Position numbers and translations under genes: made by a program
Source of the DNA: Nitratidesulfovibrio vulgaris str. Hildenborough
Lineage (GTDB): Bacteria; Desulfobacterota; Desulfovibrionia; Desulfovibrionales; Desulfovibrionaceae
NCBI RefSeq assembly: GCF_000195755.1
Contig: NC_002937.3
Coordinates: forward strand, 1,440,001-1,472,000
Length of the DNA: 32,000 bases
Reading direction: 5' to 3'
In this document: positions 9,380 through 17,329 of the stretch, piece after piece
Layout: each line of letters starts with the position of its first letter
Position numbering within the stretch: the first letter of the stretch is position 1
The notes under the pieces: generated by a model
What the model was told of the DNA's origin: nothing
What the model saw: only the letters and a program-made list of their open reading frames with translations
Database searches by the model: none

Positions 9380-10054
9380 ATGCAAGGCATCAGGTACGGC
9401 CTCGACAGGCATTTCCCCGAGGGGATACGGGGCATCGTCTTCGATTGCGATGGTGTTCTGTTCGATTCGCGCGCCTCGAACATCCATTACTACAACCTCC
9501 TGCTTGATGCGCTGGGTCTGCCGCGCATGACGCCTTCGCAAGAGGACTACGTGCACATGCACACCGTGGGTGAGTCGCTCAACCACATCGTGCCGACGGA
9601 CTACCGTGACAGGCTGCCGGAGGCACGGTCGCGCATCCGCTATCGGCAGCACATCCTGCCGCTTCTCGAGCCTGAACCGGGGCTGCGCGAGACGCTGTGG
9701 TGGCTGCGTGATGCGGGCGTGAAGCTTGCCGTGCATACCAACAGGACAGACTCCATGGAGTACGTCCTAGACCATTTCGGCATGACGGACTTCTTCTTTC
9801 CGGTCATGACGGCAGGGCGTGTGCGTGCCAAACCCCACCCCGAAGGACTGCATGTCATCCTCCGTTCGTGGGGGGTCGCCCCGTCGAGCATCGTCTTCAT
9901 CGGCGACACACGCCTCGACGAGGAGACAGCACGCGCAGCCGGTGTGCCCTTCTGGGCGTACCGTAGCCCGACCCTGACGGCACAGGTGCATGTCACGGAC
10001 TACTGGTCGCTTTCGCAGACGCTGCGAGGAGTGCTCGCGCGCGACTGCGACTGA
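9380..10054 (+). CDS. HAD-superfamily hydrolase (phosphoglycolate-phosphatase-like subfamily IA)
   Basis: MQGIRYG...GIVFDCDGVLFDS carries HAD motif I (DxDGV). AVHTNR is motif II-like and FIGDTRLDEETARAAG is motif III/IV-like. ATG 9380 follows GGGGGAG. The track start at 9317 overlaps the upstream gene. Confidence 0.8.
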   Translation: MQGIRYGLDRHFPEGIRGIVFDCDGVLFDSRASNIHYYNLLLDALGLPRMTPSQEDYVHMHTVGESLNHIVPTDYRDRLPEARSRIRYRQHILPLLEPEPGLRETLWWLRDAGVKLAVHTNRTDSMEYVLDHFGMTDFFFPVMTAGRVRAKPHPEGLHVILRSWGVAPSSIVFIGDTRLDEETARAAGVPFWAYRSPTLTAQVHVTDYWSLSQTLRGVLARDCD

Positions 10055-10158
10055 GGGCCGAGGCCCCGGAAGTTTTCGCTTGATTCCGGAGGCCGACCAA
10101 TGGAAATATCGCCACAACGGGTACTCCACACTCCGGGTACCCCAAGTCTGGAGGATAC

Positions 10159-10461
10159 ATGTTCGTCGTCGCCAATATCGTCGTAGGCATCGCCAAAATC
10201 CTCGACGCCATCCTGAATCTCTATTTCTGGGTCATCATCGCCGCAGCGGTACTGTCGTGGGTGAACCCCGATCCCTATAATCCCGTGGTGCGCGTGGTTC
10301 GCAATCTCACCGAACCCGTCTTCTACCGTGTGCGCAAATGGCTGCCCTTCACCTATGTGGGCGGACTCGACCTGTCGCCGCTGGTGGTGCTTCTCGGCAT
10401 TCAGATCATCAATTCGGTGCTCGTGCAGTCGCTGTACCAGCTTGCCGTGAGACTCTACTAG
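10159..10461 (+). CDS. yggT: YggT-family membrane protein
   Basis: 100 aa: ...LNLYFWVIIAAAVLSWVNPDPYNPVVRVVRNLTEPVFYRVRK... This is the typical YggT/Ycf19 signature. Confidence 0.85.
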   Translation: MFVVANIVVGIAKILDAILNLYFWVIIAAAVLSWVNPDPYNPVVRVVRNLTEPVFYRVRKWLPFTYVGGLDLSPLVVLLGIQIINSVLVQSLYQLAVRLY

Positions 10462-10469
10462 GAGCGGGC

Positions 10470-10979
10470 ATGGCCGTCAGTCGCATCGACATCCTCAACC
10501 AGCGGTTCGCGCGCTCCCTGCGGGGGTATGACACGGCAGAGGTCGACCGCTTCGTTCAGGAGGTGGCCGACACCGTGGGCACCCTCAGCGAGGACAAGGC
10601 TGCGCTTGCTGCGCGTGTCTCCGACCTCGAGGCGCGGCTTGCCGAGTTTCGTGAGCGGGAGACGGCACTTCGCGACACCCTGATGACCACGCAGAAGATG
10701 AGCGCGGAAATCAAGGCGGGGGCACAGCGAGAGGCGCAGCTCATCATCGATGCGGCCCACGCCAAGGCGGAGAATCTGCTCAATCAGGGTAATCTTCGCC
10801 TCGCACGCCTCGAAGAGGAGATAGCCTCTGCCCGCAAGCTCAAGGCCCAGTTCGAGATGCGGGTGAGGGCCGTGGTCGAGCAGCATCTTTCGCTTCTCGA
10901 CATGAGCGCCCGTGAGGATGCCGCCCTTGATGCCGCGGCAGCACGGGCAGCCGCCCGGGGCAGGGGTGAGAATGGCTGA
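10470..10979 (+). CDS. DivIVA-domain protein
   Basis: MAVSRIDILNQRFARSLRGYDTAEVDRFVQEV is the canonical DivIVA N-terminal domain. It is followed by a coiled-coil-like heptad-rich region. ATG is at 10470. The track start at 10338 overlaps yggT. Confidence 0.85.
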   Translation: MAVSRIDILNQRFARSLRGYDTAEVDRFVQEVADTVGTLSEDKAALAARVSDLEARLAEFRERETALRDTLMTTQKMSAEIKAGAQREAQLIIDAAHAKAENLLNQGNLRLARLEEEIASARKLKAQFEMRVRAVVEQHLSLLDMSAREDAALDAAAARAAARGRGENG

Positions 10980-11292
10980 CCGCCCCGCCTACGTCGAGGC
11001 CATGGGTGACGGCCGCTGGGCCTTGCTCGTCTGGGTGCAGCCCGGCGCGAAGAAGGACGGCCTTGCGGGAGTGGCGGACGGCAGGCTGCGGGTGCGTCTC
11101 AGTGCCCCGGCAGTTGACAACAAGGCGAATAGAGGGCTTGAAAGATATATGGCTTCGTTGCTCGGGGTCAGACCGGCAAGGGTGTCGGTCGCATCCGGGC
11201 AGACAAGTCGCAGAAAGAGGGTTGTCATCGAATCGGACGCGGAGCCGGACTGGGCTTCGCTGTATGAGACAATGCAAGAACGCAACCTCTAG
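10972..11292 (+). CDS. yggU: YggU / DUF167 family protein
   Basis: MADRPAYVEAMGDGRWALLVWVQPGAKKDGLAGVADGRLRVRLSAPAVDNKANRGLERYMASLLGV is DUF167-like (the 'PAVDGKAN' motif region). ATG 10972 overlaps the DivIVA stop by 8 nt. Confidence 0.8.
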   Translation: MADRPAYVEAMGDGRWALLVWVQPGAKKDGLAGVADGRLRVRLSAPAVDNKANRGLERYMASLLGVRPARVSVASGQTSRRKRVVIESDAEPDWASLYETMQERNL

Positions 11293-11312
11293 CCTCCAGG
11301 AGATGAGTTCCC

Positions 11313-11543
11313 ATGGAACAGCACGAACTTCGCTTGGTAGAGAAGTATGCAGCGCAGGACACCGAACTGAAGGCCCTGTGGGAGGACCACGTTCTCTTTG
11401 AAAAGCAGCTCGCGAAGCTCGAATCCAAGGCGTATCTGACCCCTGTCGAGGAGAAGACCGTCAAGGAACTCAAGAAGCAGAAGCTCGACGGCAAGACACG
11501 CCTGCTGTCGATGCTTGAAAGGTACAGAGCCACGGAGGTCTAA
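11313..11543 (+). CDS. DUF465 (YdcH-like) small coiled-coil protein
   Basis: 76 aa: ...ELKALWEDHVLFEKQLAKLESKAYLTPVEEKTVKELKKQKLDGK... This pattern is typical of DUF465. Its TAA stop is immediately followed by the ilvB ATG. Confidence 0.7.
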   Translation: MEQHELRLVEKYAAQDTELKALWEDHVLFEKQLAKLESKAYLTPVEEKTVKELKKQKLDGKTRLLSMLERYRATEV

Positions 11544-13235
11544 ATGCAACTGAACGGGGCCCAGATCCTGCTCGAATGTCTCAAGAAGGAAGGCGTGGAC
11601 GTCTTCTTCGGCTACCCCGGCGGGGCTGTCATCGACATCTATGACGAGATTCCCCGCCACCCCGAATTGCACCACGTGCTGGTGCGCCATGAGCAGGCAG
11701 CGGTCCATGCGGCAGACGGTTACGCCAGAGCCTCGGGCAAGGTGGGCGTCTGCCTCGTGACATCCGGTCCCGGTGCCACCAACACCGTCACCGGTATCGC
11801 CACAGCCTATAGCGACTCCATCCCGGTGGTCATCCTTACCGGGCAGGTGCCAACGCCGCTCATCGGCAATGACGCCTTCCAGGAAGTGGACATCGTGGGT
11901 ATCACGCGTCCGTGCACCAAGCACAACTATCTCGTGCGCGACGTGAAGGAACTCGCAACGGTCGTGCGTCAGGCCTTCTACCTTGCCCGTACGGGCAGGC
12001 CGGGCCCCGTTCTTGTCGACCTTCCCAAGGACGTCATGCAGGCGAAGACGGATTTCGTCTGGCCTGAAGACGTGTCCATGCGAAGCTACAACCCGACGTA
12101 CAAGCCCAACCTCAACCAGATTCGCCGGGCTGCCGACGCCTTCTTCGAGGCCGAACGCCCTCTGCTTTTCGTAGGCGGCGGCGTGGTCATGTCCGACGCC
12201 AGCGAGGAACTCGGCTGGTTTGCGCGCACCTTGCGTATTCCCGTGGCTTCAACGCTCATGGGGCTTGGCGCCTTTCCGGGCGATGACCCCCTGTGGCTTG
12301 GGATGCTGGGGATGCACGGCACCTATGCCGCCAACAAGGCCGTCAACAATGCCGACCTCATCGTGGCGGTGGGGGCGCGTTTCGACGACCGCGTGACGGG
12401 GCGCCTGTCAGCCTTCGCCTCGAAGGCACGCATCATCCACATCGACATCGACCCGACGTCCATCCGCAAGAATGTTCAGGTGGGCATTCCGGTCGTGGGC
12501 GATTGCCGGCAGTCGCTCGCCAACATACGCGAGATACTCGTGCCGCGCCTTGAGGAGAAGGACTGGGGGGCGGCCCATGCGCGCTGGCTCGAGCAGCTTG
12601 CCTCGTGGCGTGTCGAACAGCCGCTCGGCTTTTCGCGCGAGGGGGGCATCAAGCCCCAGCAGGTCATCGAACAGCTTTTCGCCATCACTCGCGGTGACGC
12701 CATCATCACCACGGAGGTGGGGCAGAACCAGATGTGGACGGCGCAGTTCTACACTTTCCGCAAGCCGCGTACGCTCATCACCTCGGGTGGACTCGGTACC
12801 ATGGGGTACGGTTTTCCCGCGGCCATAGGGGCGCAGTTCGCCTTTCCGGACAAGCTTGTCGTCGACGTGGCGGGAGACGGTTCCATCCAGATGAACATCC
12901 AGGAACTCGCCACGGCGGTATGCAACAAGCTGCCGGTGAAGATACTCATCCTCAACAATGGCTATCTGGGCATGGTGCGCCAGTGGCAGGAGCTTTTCTA
13001 CCAGCGCAACTACTGTTCCACATGCATGGATGCGCAGCCTGATTTCGTGAAGCTGGCCGAAGCCTACGGGGCTGAAGGCTATCGCATCACCGAGGTGGAA
13101 AGCCTTGAATCCACCCTGCGCGAGGCCCTTGCGTCGCCGCATCCGGCCATCATCGATGTCCGCGTCGAACGTGAGGAGAATGTCTACCCCATGGTGCCCG
13201 CAGGCGCGGCGCTCGATGAAATGCTGCTGGTGTAG
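11544..13235 (+). CDS. ilvB: acetolactate synthase (AHAS) large subunit
   Basis: 563 aa: MQLNGAQILLECLKKEGVDVFFGYPGGAVIDIYDE...GGLGTMGYGFPAAIGAQ...GDGSIQMNIQELAT. These are ThDP-enzyme / AHAS motifs. Confidence 0.95.
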   Translation: MQLNGAQILLECLKKEGVDVFFGYPGGAVIDIYDEIPRHPELHHVLVRHEQAAVHAADGYARASGKVGVCLVTSGPGATNTVTGIATAYSDSIPVVILTGQVPTPLIGNDAFQEVDIVGITRPCTKHNYLVRDVKELATVVRQAFYLARTGRPGPVLVDLPKDVMQAKTDFVWPEDVSMRSYNPTYKPNLNQIRRAADAFFEAERPLLFVGGGVVMSDASEELGWFARTLRIPVASTLMGLGAFPGDDPLWLGMLGMHGTYAANKAVNNADLIVAVGARFDDRVTGRLSAFASKARIIHIDIDPTSIRKNVQVGIPVVGDCRQSLANIREILVPRLEEKDWGAAHARWLEQLASWRVEQPLGFSREGGIKPQQVIEQLFAITRGDAIITTEVGQNQMWTAQFYTFRKPRTLITSGGLGTMGYGFPAAIGAQFAFPDKLVVDVAGDGSIQMNIQELATAVCNKLPVKILILNNGYLGMVRQWQELFYQRNYCSTCMDAQPDFVKLAEAYGAEGYRITEVESLESTLREALASPHPAIIDVRVEREENVYPMVPAGAALDEMLLV

Positions 13236-13244
13236 GAGGCTTTC

Positions 13245-13733
13245 GTGCGTCACGTCCTTTCCGTCCTCGTCGAAAACGAACCCGGTGTGCTCTCCCGCGT
13301 GGCGGGGCTTTTCAGCGGTCGCGGCTTCAATATCGAATCGCTCAACGTCGCCCCCACGCTCGACCGTGGGGTGTCGCTCATGACCATCTCGACCAGAGGC
13401 GACGAGCAGGTCAAGGAACAGATAGTCAAACAGCTTCGAAAGCTGGTCACCGTCATCAAGGTGGTTGACTTCGAGGGGCTTGCCACCGTAGAGCGTGAGA
13501 TGGTTATCGTGAAGGTGCAGGCAGAAGATACGCGGCGCGCAGAAGTGCTGCGCATCGCCGACATCTTCAGATGCAAGGTCGTGGATGTAAGCCTGAATGA
13601 CCTGACCCTCGAGGCAACGGGCGACCATGGCAAGATAGAGGCGATCATCAGCCTCTTGCAGAAGTTCGGCATCAAGGAAGTTGCGCGCACGGGCACCGTA
13701 GCCCTACGCCGTTCCATGCAGCCCGAAATCTAG
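13245..13733 (+). CDS. ilvN: acetolactate synthase small (regulatory) subunit
   Basis: GTG start at 13245. HVLSVLVENEPGVLSRVAGLFSGRGFNIESLNVAPT is the ACT-domain AHAS small-subunit signature. Confidence 0.95.
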   Translation: MRHVLSVLVENEPGVLSRVAGLFSGRGFNIESLNVAPTLDRGVSLMTISTRGDEQVKEQIVKQLRKLVTVIKVVDFEGLATVEREMVIVKVQAEDTRRAEVLRIADIFRCKVVDVSLNDLTLEATGDHGKIEAIISLLQKFGIKEVARTGTVALRRSMQPEI

Positions 13734-13750
13734 CAACCACCCGGTCGGCT

Positions 13751-13792
13751 CCCCGTTTCCGAGCCCCGGAAGGGGTGGAAGCGGGGTTTTTT
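13751..13792 (+). terminator. intrinsic-terminator-like hairpin plus T6 between ilvN and ilvC
   Basis: ccccgtttcc (13751-13760) pairs with ggaagcgggg (13777-13786), with one G-U pair. An inner cccc/gggg stem surrounds a ggaa loop. The stem is followed directly by tttttt (13787-13792). Confidence 0.7.
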
Positions 13793-13797
13793 CATAA

Positions 13798-14850
<1,053 letters not shown>

Positions 14851-14870
14851 CCGTAGGGCATATGATTGAT

Positions 14871-14906
14871 AAAAGGCCGCGCCATCAGGCGTGGCCTTTT
14901 CTTTTG
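14871..14906 (+). terminator. rho-independent terminator of ilvC
   Basis: ggccgcgcc (14875-14883) pairs with ggcgtggcc (14888-14896), a 9-bp stem with one G-U pair and loop atca. It is followed by ttttcttttg. Confidence 0.8.
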
Positions 14907-15323
14907 TCATCCGACTTTGGCGTATGGCAGGGTGGCCACTCGTGCATCGACTGTCCTTCAACGTGCCGGGGCAAGGGGAAGGCTTGAACCTTACGCCCCG
15001 CAGAAAGGCCACGACATCTGCGGGAAGGTACGGCTGCACTATGCCCGCAGAGGGCTTCTCGACACGTCTTGTCCCTTATCGTCGGGCAAGTAAGAACAAA
15101 AGTGGGGACCGTTCACGCAGAAAGAGCACCAGCCTCTGCGGTGTGGCGGCAGCAAGGGATGCCTTCTGGCAGGCTCGATGCGGTGCATGCAGCATAGTGG
15201 TGTATCGCTCTCGAAATACTGGCATTGCCGTCAGCAGTACGGGCAATACCTGCCAGCGTCCAGATGGGAGAGACATCGCATGCCGCGGGTAAGTTGGCGG
15301 CTGTGGTCGGGACCGATGTGTGA

Positions 15324-15539
15324 TCAAGCCCCTTCAGCGACAAGACGCGCGAAGAGGTCTTCGTCTTCAGGATATTTGATGCCGTCGCCTGTGACAATCA
15401 GGCTGGGCGACAACTGGTCGGAGCGCGAGTCGTCAAGGGGCATGATTTCCCATCGTCCTTCCTGACGTCCCACGACGAGTTCGCGCTGCTGTTTGCGCGC
15501 GAGTTTGATGGCGAGTATGACCGATTCCTTGAAGACCAT
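15324..15539 (-). CDS. hypothetical small acidic protein (71 aa)
   Basis: ATG at 15539. Codon third positions are mostly G/C, as in neighbouring genes. The Shine-Dalgarno sequence is weak. Product is MVFKESVILAIKLARKQQRELVVGRQEGRWEIMPLDD...YPEDEDLFARLVAEGA. I recognise no family. It lies directly downstream of the selenoprotein gene on the same strand. Confidence 0.5.
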   Translation of the reverse strand: MVFKESVILAIKLARKQQRELVVGRQEGRWEIMPLDDSRSDQLSPSLIVTGDGIKYPEDEDLFARLVAEGA

Positions 15540-15556
15540 GCGTACTCACGAATGTC

Positions 15557-15580
15557 GCGGCCTCCCGTTGGGGAGGCCGC
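15557..15580 (-). other. perfect 10-bp GC-rich hairpin between the selenoprotein gene and the downstream small ORF
   Basis: gcggcctccc gttg gggaggccgc. There is no flanking U-tract on the minus strand, so its function is unclear (terminator, processing site or stabiliser). Confidence 0.5.
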
Positions 15581-15599
15581 GTTCTGTTGTCCGGGATAT

Positions 15600-15923
15600 C
15601 TACGAGCAGCAGCTGCTTGAGCTGCCGCATCCGCCGCAGCTTCCACCGCCGCCTGCAAGCGGCTTTCCGGGTTCGACCTGGAAACCCATGTAGGTGAGGT
15701 CGATGCGGACAGATTCAATCTGGCTCAGCAGATCGCTATTCACGCAGAAGGTGAAGTCGCCTTCCTTGAAAACATTGTCGCTCTCGTTCGGCTCATCCAG
15801 AGCCAATGCCAGCCGGGGGCCGCTTCAGCCGCCGGGGGCGAGATAGACGCGAATGGGGGTCTTCTGCTTGTCCGCAAAGTAGGCTTCAAGCTCCTTGCGG
15901 GCGTTATCAGTAAGCTCGAACAT
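15600..15923 (-). CDS. HesB/IscA-like selenoprotein (in-frame UGA = Sec at codon 33)
   Basis: ATG 15923 is preceded by GGAGG 5 nt upstream (minus strand). Translation is MFELTDNARKELEAYFADKQKTPIRVYLAPGG-[TGA, plus-strand coordinates 15825-15827]-SGPRLALALDEPNESDNVFKEGDFTFCVNSD...GGGGSCGGCGSSSSCCS. The frame is continuous across the TGA. The TGA occupies the position of the conserved Cys of the GGCSG-type IscA/HesB motif. The upstream paralog aligns on both sides of it. The track reports only the 68-aa tail (15600..15806). Confidence 0.8.
15788..15806 (-). promoter_or_regulatory. candidate bacterial SECIS stem-loop
   Basis: On the mRNA, UU-GGCUC-[UGGAU]-GAGCC-GA forms a 5-bp perfect stem plus U-G and U-A extension, with a 5-nt loop that has G at its second position. 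The loop begins 25 nt downstream of the UGA. As I recall it, that is inside the spacing window used for bacterial SECIS searches. Confidence 0.45.
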
Positions 15924-16012
15924 GCAATCCTCCACGGTTGGTATACGGAAAGCCAGAGTTAAGTGCGGCTCCCGTCTTTGTCAATGGATGAACTGCCGAG
16001 CAATCAGTTGTA

Positions 16013-16315
16013 TCAATGATTTTCAGGGGTGGCGTCTCGACGCACGGGGAAGGGGCGCTGCGGAATGACCTCAAAACCCGAGCATTTGCCCCGGATGATG
16101 ATGTCGCCGACCTGCTTCTCAAGTCTCTCGCTGATGATGAACATGTAGGGGCCACACGGGTAGTGACGGTCGTGGTCGCTGGCTTCGTCAGGGGCGAGGG
16201 CAAGGCGGGGGCCGTGGTACGACCTCGTGGAGACGTAGACGCGGATGGGGCGCACTTCGTTTTCTGTGAAGTACTCGTCGAGGATGGCCCTTGCCGATTC
16301 TTCGATGGTGATCAT
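16013..16315 (-). CDS. HesB/IscA-like paralog without Sec or Cys at the ligand position
   Basis: ATG 16315 is preceded by GGGAGAG. Product is MITIEESARAILDEYFTENEVRPIRVYVSTRSYHGPRLALAPDEASDHD... It aligns colinearly with the selenoprotein (shared PIRVY and GPRLALA blocks). Tyr33 is opposite Sec33. Confidence 0.7.
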   Translation of the reverse strand: MITIEESARAILDEYFTENEVRPIRVYVSTRSYHGPRLALAPDEASDHDRHYPCGPYMFIISERLEKQVGDIIIRGKCSGFEVIPQRPFPVRRDATPENH

Positions 16316-16460
16316 GGTTCTCTCCCTGCGGCGTTGCCGCACGTTGAACCGATAGCAGAGACCAGCCCGAATTGCCATGTGTTGCCGGGGCTTTTCCTGC
16401 TGCTTGAAAGAGGCTATCGTACAGAGTCCGTTACACTATAGTCAACACAGGTGCAGGACT

Positions 16461-16997
16461 ATGCAATCCACTGTTATCCTCGACCACGACGCCATGGGGC
16501 GTACCATCGAACGCCTCGCCTATCAGGTCCTCGAACGGCATGGCGACTGCTCCTCTCTGATGCTTGTGGGCATACGGCGGCGTGGTGTCGACATTGCCGG
16601 GCGCCTTGGCAAGGTGCTGGCCGACCGTCTCGGTTGTGCGCCTCCAGAAGGTGCTCTCGACATCAATCTCTATCGCGATGACTGGACGACCCTATCAGGC
16701 AAGCCCGCCATAGGTCAGTCGTCGATGCCGTGCGACCTTGAAGGGCGCGATGTGCTGCTGGTCGACGATGTGCTCTTCACTGGACGCACCATTCGGGCGG
16801 CACTCGAAGCCCTTCTCGATTATGGCAGACCGCGGCGCGTCGAGCTTCTCGTGCTCATCGACCGAGGCCATCGTGAGTTGCCCATCCATGCCGACTATGT
16901 CGGCAAGGTCGTTCCTACCTCGCGTACGGAGCAGGTGGATGTGTTGCTCGCCGAGCACGATGGATGCGACGAGGTGCGTCTGTCGCATATGGCATGA
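16461..16997 (+). CDS. pyrR: bifunctional pyrimidine regulatory protein / uracil phosphoribosyltransferase
   Basis: MQSTVILDHDAMGRTIERLAYQVLERH...LVGIRRRGV...DVLLVDDVLFTGRTIRAAL...LIDRGHRELPI. It has the PRPP-binding motif and a PyrR-family pattern. ATG is at 16461. Confidence 0.9.
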   Translation: MQSTVILDHDAMGRTIERLAYQVLERHGDCSSLMLVGIRRRGVDIAGRLGKVLADRLGCAPPEGALDINLYRDDWTTLSGKPAIGQSSMPCDLEGRDVLLVDDVLFTGRTIRAALEALLDYGRPRRVELLVLIDRGHRELPIHADYVGKVVPTSRTEQVDVLLAEHDGCDEVRLSHMA

Positions 16998-17200
16998 GCT
17001 CCCTCTGGCTGGGCGCAGACACGGCACGAGCGTAGGCCACCCCCGTCTTGTGACGTACTCCCGGCACCCTGTGGAACGGGTGCACTCGGTGTCCCTGTTC
17101 AGGTCTTGCAAGCCCTGACATGCCGTGGCTATGCATTCTCCGTTGGCTGTCGTCGTGACGATTGCCTCTTGACGGTGCCGGATTTGCCTGAATCAACAAG

Positions 17201-17241
17201 CCAAAAGGCGAGTGTCTCCTGCGGGGGCACTCGCCTTTTGG
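17201..17241. terminator. bidirectional rho-independent terminator
   Basis: 14-bp perfect inverted repeat ccaaaaggcgagtg / cactcgccttttgg with a 13-nt loop. A/T runs are built into both stem ends. It lies between the convergent pyrR (+) and the MprF-like gene (-). Confidence 0.8.
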
Positions 17242-17329
17242 CGTTACTCCCGGTGGGCCGAGTCGCCGTATGCCTGCTTCAGCGAAGCGGGGCGGGCCTC
17301 ATCGCCAAGATGACAGCGGGAGGAGGGGG

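Noticed and set aside
12408-13628. A 406-aa minus-strand ORF antisense to ilvB and ilvN
   Set aside because: It has no recognisable domain and a composition typical of an antisense frame. It overlaps two unambiguous genes.
16400-16460. Possible PyrR-binding RNA or RBS-sequestering hairpin upstream of pyrR
   Set aside because: The AGAGGCU and CAGAGUCC strings partly recall the PyrR binding-loop consensus (..UCCAGAGAGGCU..) but occur in the wrong order. The AGUCC/GGACU pairing that would cover the weak SD is only 5 bp, with a 26-nt loop. The evidence is insufficient without a covariance-model hit.
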